Assembly (NCBI GenBank): GCA_049325275.1
Contig: JBMOLU010000086.1
Location: 27,437 to 91,436, forward strand
DNA: 64,000 nt
Reading direction: 5' to 3'
Source of the DNA: Chloroflexota bacterium
Lineage (GTDB): Bacteria; Chloroflexota; Anaerolineae; Anaerolineales; UBA4823
The notes beneath the pieces were generated by a model, which made no database searches, was not told where the DNA came from, and was given only the letters and a program-made list of their open reading frames with translations. A program made the position numbers and the translations under genes. Positions within the stretch are counted from its first letter, which is position 1, and every line of letters starts with the position of its first letter. Shown here in pieces: positions 47,326 through 56,544 of the stretch.

Positions 47326-47346
47326 CACCGGCGCCGCTGGTTTTTT
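47326..47346 (+). terminator. Rho-independent terminator (self-complementary cggcgccg stem + T6)
   Basis: caccggcgccgctggtttttt. Confidence 0.45.
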
Positions 47347-47351
47347 CGACT

Positions 47352-47381
47352 TACTTGACTTAATTAGAAATATATCTATAA
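47352..47381 (+). promoter_or_regulatory. AT-rich promoter (TTGACT-16-TATAAT) with TAATTAG repeats, upstream of the ArsR-like regulator
   Basis: ttgacttaattagaaatatatctataattag. Confidence 0.4.
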
Positions 47382-47389
47382 TTAGATTT

Positions 47390-47989
47390 ATGTCTAATTA
47401 TGATTTCTCACCCACTTCAACCCAAACCTTAACCACCAATGAGCAAATCCGGGCTTATGTGAACCCCACCCGCATGACCATCCTGACGATGCTCGCGCAG
47501 GATAAGGACTCGGTTTCTGGTGTAGCGCGCCAGTTGGGCGTGCACCCCGCCAATCTCACCCACCATTTCAAGCTGCTCGAGAAAACCGGTTTGATCAAGC
47601 TGGTGGAAAAGCGCGAAACCGGCAAGAATCTGGAGAAGCTCTACCGCGCGGCTGCCTACCACTTTACTATCCAGGCCGGTGGGCCGCCCACAAGCCAGCA
47701 AGTGCTGGCCCTTTCCATCCTGCGCGATAGCCTCACTGCTGCCCTGCAGGCGCTCGAGAACACCTCCGAAGAGCAGGCGGTGTTGGGGTTGCTGAAAACC
47801 GTGCGCCTGCGCCCGCAAGATGTCGAGTTGTTTGCCCAAAAGCTGGCCGGACTTGCTCAGGAGTTCGAAGCACACGCTGCCGAAAGTGGAAACGCCTACA
47901 GCCTGAACCTTAGTCTATACCCCACTGAGGTGGGCCACACACCCGCCCGCAAGATCGTCATCGGTAGGGATGAAGAGCCAGTGGATTAA
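47390..47989 (+). CDS. ArsR/SmtB-like winged-HTH transcriptional regulator with a C-terminal extension
   Basis: IRAYVNPTRMTILTMLA...SVSGVARQLGVHPANLTHHFKLLEKTGLI. Confidence 0.55.
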   Translation: MSNYDFSPTSTQTLTTNEQIRAYVNPTRMTILTMLAQDKDSVSGVARQLGVHPANLTHHFKLLEKTGLIKLVEKRETGKNLEKLYRAAAYHFTIQAGGPPTSQQVLALSILRDSLTAALQALENTSEEQAVLGLLKTVRLRPQDVELFAQKLAGLAQEFEAHAAESGNAYSLNLSLYPTEVGHTPARKIVIGRDEEPVD

Positions 47990-48038
47990 CGCATTCCCAT
48001 TCAAGGGTCTGTAGAACCGATTTATCTAGAAATAGTCA

Positions 48039-48112
48039 AGCGAACGGCACGTTCGCAGTGAACGGCACGTTCGCAGTGAACGGCACGTTCGCAGTGAACG
48101 GCACGTTCGCAC
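48039..48112. repeat. Tandem direct repeat, about 4 copies of an 18-bp unit (aacggcacgttcgcagtg), each with an internal palindrome gaacg-gca-cgttc
   Basis: Read directly. The six-frame track shows the artefactual TANVPF x4 peptide on the minus strand. Confidence 0.9.
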
Positions 48113-48147
48113 CTCGAGCCGCGCCGGTATAATTTACGGAGGACAAA

Positions 48148-49377
48148 ATGTCGAAGTTTTCAGGAAAAAAGATATTGCATTGGATTTTTTGGATCGTTTT
48201 GGTTTTGGCGGTGAGTGTCATCACGGGTGTGGTGGTTTTGCTTTACCAAGCTAACCAGCACAAACGTGAACTGGCCACCGCCATCCACACCAACCCCGGC
48301 ACAACAGCCATTGCCGCCTACACCATCGATGCCTACGGGCAGCCGGTGGATGATGGTCACGCTATCTTTGCCAACGCCGATACACCGCTCGTCATGGCCT
48401 CCACCATGAAAACCATCGTCCTGGCTGCCTACGAAGATGCGGTTGAACGCGGTGAACTCGACCCCGGCGAGCCAATTGCCATCACCGACCTGGAGAAGCA
48501 TTACCTGCCCAAAACCGATGGTGGCGCTCATGTAGCCGGGTTGGCTGCCCTGGGCCTGGCTGCCGACGCTGACGGCTTCGCCAAAGACCAGTCAGCCACC
48601 ATCACACTCGACGCCATCGCCCGCATCATGATCTACAACAGCGGCAACGCGGAAACCGACTATCTGCTGGCACGCCTGGGTGCAGAACGCCTTGCCGCCA
48701 CGATGTCCGCTGCCGGGCTGGAGCAGCACACGCCCATCCACTCAATCCTGGGCATTACCCTGGCAATGTTCAACCATGAAGCTCCCCTGATCGATCCAGC
48801 CCAGCGACAGGAACTCATCGATGAGGTTGCCGGTGGCAACTTTATCACGCTGGAAGGCCTGGCCGATTTATACCGGCACGATCGCGACTGGCGGGCGGCG
48901 CAGCTCGCCTTCATGAAGTCGGACGCCTTCCCCACAGTGGCCAACCGGATGGGCTGGGAAGGCCAGGTGGCGGCCAGCCGGTTGTTCCCCAAAGGGACGG
49001 CGCGCGAGTACGCTCATCTCATGGCGCAAATCGCCAGCGGGCAGTTCATCTCCCCTGCCGTCAGCGCTCGCATCCAGCAAAAACTCGAAAGCATTCCCGA
49101 CGAACAACCTATGCTGTGGTTTTTCCACCAACGCTATGGAGCTAAAGGTGGGATGACTGCCGGCGTGCTGAACCTGGCCTCCTATGCCGTTCCCAAAAGC
49201 GGCCCACTGGCCGGCCGAACCCGTGTGGTGGTGATCTTGACGAACGATTTGCCCTACGAAGCATGGGTCAACCTGGCGCAGTTCCAGAGCATCTACCTGC
49301 TGCAAGCCGATCTGGCAAAGGCTGTGGAAACTTTCGGCGTAGAAATCGCCCTGCCGAACCAAAAGCGATCGCCGTGA
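48148..49377 (+). CDS. Class-A-beta-lactamase-fold serine hydrolase, membrane-anchored
   Basis: STMK (SxxK), SGN (SDN-like), KGG (KTG-like). N-terminal TM helix. Confidence 0.65.
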   Translation: MSKFSGKKILHWIFWIVLVLAVSVITGVVVLLYQANQHKRELATAIHTNPGTTAIAAYTIDAYGQPVDDGHAIFANADTPLVMASTMKTIVLAAYEDAVERGELDPGEPIAITDLEKHYLPKTDGGAHVAGLAALGLAADADGFAKDQSATITLDAIARIMIYNSGNAETDYLLARLGAERLAATMSAAGLEQHTPIHSILGITLAMFNHEAPLIDPAQRQELIDEVAGGNFITLEGLADLYRHDRDWRAAQLAFMKSDAFPTVANRMGWEGQVAASRLFPKGTAREYAHLMAQIASGQFISPAVSARIQQKLESIPDEQPMLWFFHQRYGAKGGMTAGVLNLASYAVPKSGPLAGRTRVVVILTNDLPYEAWVNLAQFQSIYLLQADLAKAVETFGVEIALPNQKRSP

Positions 49378-49392
49378 CAAACAATCGGGTTG

Positions 49393-50907
49393 CTACTCTT
49401 TGATGTTCCCATCAAAAGATACCCCTGCCGCTGGTAAACGGACAGTCACGCTTTCAGCGTCAAAACACAACTGAGAACTGGCACGTCCAATGTCAAATAT
49501 CTCGATTTCAAACGTCTGCGCATCCAGCCAACGCCCGCGCAAGCCATGGCCTTCAACGTTGATGCGGTAATGCCCATCCAGCCCGACCAGCCAGTCAAAG
49601 ACCTGGTCGCTGCCCGCTCGTTGGAACTGGAACGTTGCGTGCGTGGTGTCGGCAAATTCCAAAGACAGGGTGCTTAAGTTTTGAGGGTTGGGCTGAAGCT
49701 GATAGGACCGGCCGGAAATATCAGTGGCAACCGATGGCAGCGCCCGGTTGATCCAGGCCGGGTCGGGCTGGGCAAGGGCATCCAGTGTTTGTTGCAGCGC
49801 CGCCACGCCGGCGGGATCAGGCGGCAGGGGAAAGCCAAAGGCCGTGAGCGCTGGTTTCAACACAGCCGTTTCGACCTCGTCAAAGTCAACGCCGCTACCG
49901 GTGACGACCACCAATGCGTTCAGGGCCGGGATGACGCGTAAATTTTGTCCGCCGCGCCCGATGGCAGCATACCCCCCATCAGGCACCCACCAGCCGTAAC
50001 CATAACCGTCGTCGCCGCCGGTGGTGGTTTGGGCGCGAACGGCCTCCGGCACCCACGCCGCCGGGACGATCTGTCGCCCTTCCCACACGCCGCCGTTCAG
50101 CCACAGGTAGCCTAGCTTGGCCAGGTCACGCGGCTTCAGGTACAGCTCGCCAGCACCGAGGGCGTTCCCTTGCGGGTCGGTGTTCCAGATAAACGTTTGA
50201 ATCCCCAAGGGTTCGAAGAGATTCTGGCGGGCGAAATCTTGCGTGGTCTGGCCGCTGGCCCGGCGCAGGGCGGCCGAGAGCAGGTGCATGGCCGGGCTGT
50301 CGTAGCAGAACTGGCTGCCCGGCTCGGCGACCATCGGGCGGTCAAGGGCAAACTGCGCCCAGTTGGGGCTGGCCTGCATGGCATCCACGTTGGCCTGATC
50401 ACCGGCCAGGCACTGCGACTCAAAGCCGGCCGTCATGCTGGCCAGATGACGCACCGTCAGGTGTTCTTTACGGGCATCCAGGTTGGCAACCGGCTGGTCG
50501 GCAAAGAAGGAGAGCACTGGCTGATCGAGATCGAGTTTGCCCTGATCGGCGGCGATGGCGATCAAGGTGGTCATCACGCTTTTGGTGATCGAAGCCAGGT
50601 TGTGAACCTGATCGCAATCGTAGGGTGCAAAGCAGGCTTCCAGTACCATTTCGCCGTTGCGGATCAACAGCAGGCTATCGATGGGCAGTTGACGGGCGCG
50701 TAAACCCTGTAACCCGGCAGCAAGCCTGGCCGAAGATAGGCCCTGTGTCTCGGGCGGGGCCGTTTTCCATCCCGCGGTGGGCCAGTAGAGCGTTCGCAAG
50801 GGCAGCCGCCATAGTGAGATTGGGAACACCACGAGCAGGGCTAGAAAAATCAGAAGCAAGATAAATTTTAGCATCGTTGTTTCCTGTGTAAGAAGATGTC
50901 GGCTCAT
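49393..50907 (-). CDS. Beta-lactamase/PBP-family serine hydrolase (class-C-like) with a C-terminal extra domain
   Basis: SITK active-site motif. N-terminal TM helix. Confidence 0.7.
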   Translation of the reverse strand: MSRHLLTQETTMLKFILLLIFLALLVVFPISLWRLPLRTLYWPTAGWKTAPPETQGLSSARLAAGLQGLRARQLPIDSLLLIRNGEMVLEACFAPYDCDQVHNLASITKSVMTTLIAIAADQGKLDLDQPVLSFFADQPVANLDARKEHLTVRHLASMTAGFESQCLAGDQANVDAMQASPNWAQFALDRPMVAEPGSQFCYDSPAMHLLSAALRRASGQTTQDFARQNLFEPLGIQTFIWNTDPQGNALGAGELYLKPRDLAKLGYLWLNGGVWEGRQIVPAAWVPEAVRAQTTTGGDDGYGYGWWVPDGGYAAIGRGGQNLRVIPALNALVVVTGSGVDFDEVETAVLKPALTAFGFPLPPDPAGVAALQQTLDALAQPDPAWINRALPSVATDISGRSYQLQPNPQNLSTLSLEFADTTHATFQFQRAGSDQVFDWLVGLDGHYRINVEGHGLRGRWLDAQTFEIEIFDIGRASSQLCFDAESVTVRLPAAGVSFDGNIKE

Positions 50908-51542
50908 TATGCCTGCCTGTCACCAGTTGCCGGTTCTCCGCCATCTAGAAGTGCATCTTCTTTTTGCAGCACTCGCCCTAACCAGGGGAGCCAGATCAGG
51001 CTGAGCAGCAGCACGAAAATACCCAAAAATGGCAGCAGGCTGAGCAGGCCCATGCCGATCCCCAGGTAAGCCAGAGGCCGAGGCCAGGTGCAACCATTCA
51101 GCGCTGCCCAACCGTTCAGGCTGTACCAGGGGCCGTTCAAAAAGATACTCAGCATCCCAAGCAGGGCGATCAGCGCGTTAAACTGTTCGCCTTGGGCCAG
51201 GCTTTTGGCCTGGGTGGTGGCAAACAGACTCAGGCTGGCATTGGCTAACAGCGCCAGCACCGATCCCAGTCCGCACACGGCAGCCAGCAGGCTGCGCTTT
51301 GGGGCAACGGGGTGCAGGCTGCGGTACAAGGCGGCGATCAACACCAGGGCCAGTATGCCAGAAATGAACTTCATGGTGTCTTGCAGCAGCAGCGGCATGG
51401 GGTTGCGCTGCGCCAGTTCCACCAGCCGCGCCGGGTCCATCAGGACCCTCGGGCCGATCAAGCCAAACGCTACGATGAGCGAGCCAAGCCCCGCTGCCGC
51501 GCTCAGATAGGCCGCCCAGGGAGGTATTTTTTGTAGGTTCAT
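50907..51542 (-). CDS. Hypothetical polytopic membrane protein
   Basis: Hydrophobic. Start chosen at MNLQK. Its stop overlaps the downstream start by 1 nt. Confidence 0.45.
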   Translation of the reverse strand: MNLQKIPPWAAYLSAAAGLGSLIVAFGLIGPRVLMDPARLVELAQRNPMPLLLQDTMKFISGILALVLIAALYRSLHPVAPKRSLLAAVCGLGSVLALLANASLSLFATTQAKSLAQGEQFNALIALLGMLSIFLNGPWYSLNGWAALNGCTWPRPLAYLGIGMGLLSLLPFLGIFVLLLSLIWLPWLGRVLQKEDALLDGGEPATGDRQA

Positions 51543-51684
51543 CGCCAAATTCCTTTCGTTCTTTTTCCGCAGTTTAATCGCCGCGCAGAAATCGCACATC
51601 GGCCAAACCCACGCCGCACATGTCCAACCGGCCACTGTCCAGTTGGACAATACACTAGCCGGGGTCTTACAGTAAAATTTACCT

Positions 51685-52893
51685 ATGGAAAACAAGCTTT
51701 CTTTTGTTGGGCTGCCGTTTTACACTTTCATCACCCTGATCCTGGGCATCGTTGCTGCGATCGGCGTTGCTGCGCTGTGGGCTGCCGAGGCATGGACACG
51801 CCTGGCCGTTTTTGTCGCTGCGCTCAGCCTGCATCTGGCGATGTACTGGGTCTATGTTCGCTATTACAACCATCCGCGCATTCACTTTATTTTTTACTCG
51901 CTGCAAACCCTGGTGATCCTGGGGGTCTTTTTCATCCTGCGTGGGTTGCCCGCTGCTGCAACCATCCTCGGCACAATGATCTTGACGATGATAGGGGAAT
52001 CCATTGGGCTGTGGGGCAACACTCGCCGTGCCCTGTATCTGAGCCTGGCGTATGGCGCCTTTGGGGTGATCCTGGTTTACTTTCTGGTACCTCACAACGA
52101 ATTTACCAGCGCCTTGCTGACTTTGGGGATTAATGGCGGGTTCGTCATTACTTTATTGGTGATGTTCAATCAGCAACTGGTGCAGAAGCAGCAGGCGCTT
52201 GAACTGGCCGAGACGTTGGAAAGTGCCAACGCTTTGCTGACGGCATCCACGGCCAAAATTGAGCGGTTGACCTTACAAACCGAACGCCAGCGCATGGCGC
52301 GCGAACTGCACGACACCCTGGCACAGGGCGTCGCCGGGTTGTCGTTACAACTCGAAGCGGTCAAAATGCACCTCAAGGCCGGGCGGGCTGAACGTGCCCT
52401 GGCGATCACCGAACAGGCTATCGCCAGGGCGCACACCACCCTGGCCGAGTCGCGTGCCGCTATCGACGATTTGCGCGCTGGCCCCGAAGACCTGGTCGAA
52501 TCCATCCAAGAAAAAGTCGAACGCTTTACCCAGGCAACCGGCATCCCGTGTCCGCTGGAACTTAACCTGGGTGGGGCCTCATTGTCCGCTGAGCGCATCG
52601 AGCACGTGCTACGCATCTTGAGCGAATCACTGGCCAATATTGCCCATCATGCCCAGGCCAGTCAGGCCGGAGTGCGCTTTGACCTGGCTCACAGTGGTTT
52701 GCTGCTGGAGGTGCGCGATGACGGCAAAGGTTTTGCCGTGGACGAAAGCGCCGTCGCAGGCCACTACGGTTTGGTCGGGATGCGCGAACGCGCCCGGCTG
52801 ACCGGCGGAGTTTTGGAAATCGAATCGCAACCAGGGCACGGAACGCTGGTGCGTTTGCGCATCTTGCAAGGGCCGACGGGAGAGTTTGCATGA
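51685..52893 (+). CDS. Sensor histidine kinase (NarL/HisKA_3 type) with an N-terminal membrane domain
   Basis: ARELHDTLAQGVAGL H-box. HATPase_c motifs. Confidence 0.8.
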   Translation: MENKLSFVGLPFYTFITLILGIVAAIGVAALWAAEAWTRLAVFVAALSLHLAMYWVYVRYYNHPRIHFIFYSLQTLVILGVFFILRGLPAAATILGTMILTMIGESIGLWGNTRRALYLSLAYGAFGVILVYFLVPHNEFTSALLTLGINGGFVITLLVMFNQQLVQKQQALELAETLESANALLTASTAKIERLTLQTERQRMARELHDTLAQGVAGLSLQLEAVKMHLKAGRAERALAITEQAIARAHTTLAESRAAIDDLRAGPEDLVESIQEKVERFTQATGIPCPLELNLGGASLSAERIEHVLRILSESLANIAHHAQASQAGVRFDLAHSGLLLEVRDDGKGFAVDESAVAGHYGLVGMRERARLTGGVLEIESQPGHGTLVRLRILQGPTGEFA

Positions 52894-53555
52894 ATCCGAT
52901 ACGGGTGATGATTGTCGAAGACCATCTCATCGTGCGTGAGGGGCTGGCGCTGATCCTGGAGAACGCCGAGAATGTCGCGGTGGTGGGTGAAGCGGCCGAC
53001 GGGGCTGCCTGTCTACGGCTGGTGCCTGAACTGAAGCCAGACGTAATTCTGATGGACTTGCAAATGCCCCACATGGACGGCATCACGGCTATTGGCCATC
53101 TACGGCGCGATTACTCCGAAATCGCCATTGTTATTTTGACCACCTTCAACGAAGATGCCCTGATGCTGCGCGGTTTGCAGGCCGGGGCACGCGGCTACCT
53201 GCTCAAAGACACCAGCCGCGAAAACCTGCTGGATACCATTTATGCCGCGGCCAAAGGAGAGGCCCTGCTCAAACCCGATTTGTTGGCGCGCGTCCTGGCT
53301 TCTGCCTCTACCCTGGACGAACTGGCTTCCACGCCATCCCCTGCGCACACGGCCGGCGGGATGGCGCTGACCGAACGCGAGCTGGCCGTCTTGCAATCGG
53401 CGGCGCGCGGTGAGCGTAATAAAGAGATCGCCTACCACCTGGGCATCAGCGAACGCACCGTCAAGGCCCATCTGGCGAGTGTTTACCAAAAGCTCGGTGT
53501 TGATTCACGTACCGCAGCCGTGGCTGCTGCGGCGCAAAAAGGCTGGTTGCCTTGA
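52890..53555 (+). CDS. Response regulator, NarL/LuxR family
   Basis: Receiver domain (VMIVEDH...D) and a LuxR HTH. ATGA overlap with the histidine kinase. Confidence 0.85.
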   Translation: MNPIRVMIVEDHLIVREGLALILENAENVAVVGEAADGAACLRLVPELKPDVILMDLQMPHMDGITAIGHLRRDYSEIAIVILTTFNEDALMLRGLQAGARGYLLKDTSRENLLDTIYAAAKGEALLKPDLLARVLASASTLDELASTPSPAHTAGGMALTERELAVLQSAARGERNKEIAYHLGISERTVKAHLASVYQKLGVDSRTAAVAAAAQKGWLP

Positions 53556-53615
53556 GGTAGTCTCGCTCTTTCAGCGACACGAGATAGCTTGTTGTACGGA
53601 TAGGAGGAATCCGAT

Positions 53616-54647
53616 ATGCAATACACATCCTTGGGCCGCACCGGCCTGCAAGTTTCGCGCATTTGTCTGGGCTGCATGAGCTTTGGGCAGCCCGGTTGGC
53701 TCGGTTGGGATTGGGTGCTGGATGAAGAAGCCGCTGCCCCCTTCTTTCGCCGTGCCATCGAACTGGGCATCAACTTCTTCGACACATCCGATACCTATTC
53801 TGCCGGGCGCAGTGAGGAGATCACCGGGCGTTGGCTGAAGGAATATGCCAATCGCGACGAAGCCGTCATCGCCACCAAGGTTTTCTTTGGCCCCGGCGAC
53901 CGGCCTAACCGGAGCGGGCTATCGCGCAAGCACATCCAACAGGCGTGCGAGGCCAGTCTGCGCCGCCTGGGGGTCGAGACGATTGACCTGTACCAGATCC
54001 ACCGTCTCGACCCGCACACCCCTCTCGAAGAGACGCTCGCTGCCCTTGACCAGCTCGTCACGCAGGGCAAAGTGCGCTACCTTGGGGCGAGTTCGATGTA
54101 TGCCTGGCAGTTCATGAAGGCCCTTGGGCTTTCGGACCGGCATGGCTGGGCGCGCTTCGTCTCGATGCAGAGTCATTACAACTTGCTCTACCGTGAAGAA
54201 GAACGTGAGATGATGCCGTTGTGCCAGGCCGAAGGCGTCGGTATGATCCCCTGGTCACCGCTGGCGCGCGGTGTGCTGGCCCGGCAACCCGCTGGCGAGA
54301 CAGAAATCACATCCCGTTCCGAGGTAGATCCCTTCGTCAAGGCCTTTCAGACCGAGGCGGACCGGCAGATTGTGACAGCAGTTTGCAATATCGCCGGCGT
54401 ACGTCAGGTAAAACCGGGCCAGGTGGCGCTGGCCTGGCTGCTGGCGCGACCGGCCCTGGCGGCCCCCATTCTTGGCGTGTCGAAGCTGCACCACCTGGAA
54501 GAAGCCGTCGCGGCGGTCGATATCCGCTTGACGGATGACGAAACGGACACGCTTGAAGCGCCCTACCGGGTCAGGCCGTCGTTCGGCATTACCCCGCCGT
54601 TCGACTATCCCCCACCCGGTGCAGTCCACGATCGCCAAAACCTGTGA
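53616..54647 (+). CDS. Aldo/keto reductase
   Basis: GLQVSRICLGCMSFG and an AKR TIM barrel. Confidence 0.85.
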   Translation: MQYTSLGRTGLQVSRICLGCMSFGQPGWLGWDWVLDEEAAAPFFRRAIELGINFFDTSDTYSAGRSEEITGRWLKEYANRDEAVIATKVFFGPGDRPNRSGLSRKHIQQACEASLRRLGVETIDLYQIHRLDPHTPLEETLAALDQLVTQGKVRYLGASSMYAWQFMKALGLSDRHGWARFVSMQSHYNLLYREEEREMMPLCQAEGVGMIPWSPLARGVLARQPAGETEITSRSEVDPFVKAFQTEADRQIVTAVCNIAGVRQVKPGQVALAWLLARPALAAPILGVSKLHHLEEAVAAVDIRLTDDETDTLEAPYRVRPSFGITPPFDYPPPGAVHDRQNL

Positions 54648-54699
54648 CCGGCGAACGAGCACTCGTTTCGCCCGCCGGTGCTTCTAGCAACCACTGCCG

Positions 54700-55070
54700 C
54701 ACTGCGTGCACGATTCCCGGCAGGGCGGCGAGCGATTCTTGCGCCAGCTCCACCGCCTCGGCCCCGTTGCTGGCCTCGCCCATCACTTGCAGGTTGGCTT
54801 CGGTTTCCCGCATGGCGACGAGTCCTTTACGAACGACAATGTGATCGTCGACGACGAGGATACGAATGTTCTCGCTCGTATCTTCATCTCCACCGCGATG
54901 ATCGTTCCCGCACCGGGCCGGCTTTCGACGTGGACTTGGGCACTCAGGCTTTCGGAGCGCTCGTGCATCGTTTCCAGACCCATGCCGCCATTCTGGACGT
55001 TTGCCGGATCGAATCCGACGCCGTCGTCTTCGATTTTCAGGATCAGCGCTTGCCCGCTGTCGAACATCAT
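54700..55070 (-). pseudogene. Remnant of a two-component system: the histidine kinase HATPase_c C-terminal fragment, followed by a frameshifted and truncated response-regulator N-terminus
   Basis: IEDDGVGFD...GGMGLE...GAGTII in one frame, then MKIR/NIRILVVDDHIVVRKGL in a +1-shifted frame. The receiver domain breaks off after about 50 aa. Confidence 0.5.
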
Positions 55071-55115
55071 GGGTACGGATGCCAGGAGGCGAAAGCGGCC
55101 CGCGCCGGATGCCCG

Positions 55116-55787
55116 TCAGCTTTTTGCGGGCGCTTGCTGCACCAGCCAGGCCAGCCATGCCTCCAGGCCTTCGCCGGTGCGGCAGGAGAGCGGGAAGGTG
55201 ATCACGCCAGGGTTGAGCGTTTCGACGCCCTGACGGAAATAATCCATGCGGAACGGCACGTAGGGCAGCAGGTCGATCTTGTTGATCACCAGCGCATCCA
55301 CCCCGCGATAGGTGGCCGGGTATTTGTAGGGCTTGTCGTCGCCCTCTGGGATGGAAGCCACCAGCACGGTTTTGTGCGTGCCCAGGGCGAAGCTGGCCGG
55401 GCAGACCAGGTTGCCGACGTTTTCGACGATCAGCAGGTCGATCTGGCCGAGATCGAGCTTGGGCAGTGCCTGGCTGACCATCACGGCGTCGAGATGGCAG
55501 TCGCCGCCGGTATTGATTTGCACGGCCTGGCTTGCCCCGGCGGCGGCGGCGCGGTCGGCGTCGATGCTGGTGGCGATGTCGCCATCAATTACACCGATGC
55601 GCAGCTTGCCCGCCAGCCGCGAGACGGTCTGCTCGATCAGCGACGTCTTGCCGGCGCCCGGCGAGGCCAGGATATTGATGGCGAAGACGGAAACTGCATC
55701 CAGGATGGCGCGGTTTTCGGCCGCCAGGCGGTCGTTGGCCGAGAGGATTTTTTCGACGATGGGGATACGGGATGTGGTAGAAGTCAT
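55116..55787 (-). CDS. hypB: Nickel-incorporation GTPase HypB (short form, no His-rich N-terminus)
   Basis: ASPGAGKTSLIE, ENVGNLVCP. Confidence 0.8.
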   Translation of the reverse strand: MTSTTSRIPIVEKILSANDRLAAENRAILDAVSVFAINILASPGAGKTSLIEQTVSRLAGKLRIGVIDGDIATSIDADRAAAAGASQAVQINTGGDCHLDAVMVSQALPKLDLGQIDLLIVENVGNLVCPASFALGTHKTVLVASIPEGDDKPYKYPATYRGVDALVINKIDLLPYVPFRMDYFRQGVETLNPGVITFPLSCRTGEGLEAWLAWLVQQAPAKS

Positions 55788-55887
55788 GCGCCTATTTTAC
55801 CTTGTCCGTTGGTTGGCGCAACAGACGGGGCAGTTTTTCTTCCGTGTTGGCCGTTCCTCGATGAACAGGCTGCGCCAGACCCGGCGC

Positions 55888-56544
55888 TCACAAAAAGCTC
55901 TCCAAAGACGCCAGGCTTTCCACCACAGCCACGCAAGGATACTGCTCGAAATCGCTGCGCCGGGTGGCACCGGTCAGCACGGCTGCGAAAGCCACACCGG
56001 CGCGTTGGGCGGTTTCCGCATCCACCAGGCTGTCGCCGATATACAAGACTTCCGATGGCAGATTGCCCAGGCGTTCGAGCGCCAGGTACAAACCTTGCGG
56101 ATCGGGTTTGTGGCGCTGCACATCTTCTCCGCCTACGATCACGTCGGGCAGGGTATCGAGCTTCTCGCGTTGCAGGGTGTCCACGATACGATAACGATAC
56201 TTCGTGGAGACGATCCCCAGTTTTTTGCCGTGCGCTTTCAGGGTATGCAAGGTTGCCGCCGTGCTTTCATAGAGCACGGTACGATCGACCATCACCTCGT
56301 CGGCGCGCTGCACGAAGAGACGCACGAATTCCGGGGTGCGGGCGGTGTGTTCTTGCCCGGCCAGTGCGGCCAGCGTATCGGGCAGGGATTTGCCGATGGT
56401 GGCATACACGGCTTCGGCCCGTGCGGCCGGCAGGCCGAGGCCTGCCAAGGCAAAATTGGCGCATTCCAGGATGCCCTGCGACGAGTCGGCCAGGGTGTAG
56501 TCGAAGTCGAAGAGAAAGGCCGAGAAGGTGGGCTTAGGGTTCAT
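55888..56544 (-). CDS. HAD-superfamily hydrolase (phosphoglycolate-phosphatase-like)
   Basis: FLFDFDYTLADS DxD motif. Its start overlaps the stop of the upstream WD40 gene. Confidence 0.8.
   Translation of the reverse strand: MNPKPTFSAFLFDFDYTLADSSQGILECANFALAGLGLPAARAEAVYATIGKSLPDTLAALAGQEHTARTPEFVRLFVQRADEVMVDRTVLYESTAATLHTLKAHGKKLGIVSTKYRYRIVDTLQREKLDTLPDVIVGGEDVQRHKPDPQGLYLALERLGNLPSEVLYIGDSLVDAETAQRAGVAFAAVLTGATRRSDFEQYPCVAVVESLASLESFL

Noticed and set aside
48039-48112. CRISPR array
   Set aside because: The units are directly abutting 18-mers with no spacers. No cas genes are present.
48036-48224. Minus-strand ORF encoding the repeated peptide TANVPF x4
   Set aside because: It is a translation artefact of the 18-bp DNA tandem repeat. 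There is no RBS, and it overlaps the real plus-strand gene start.
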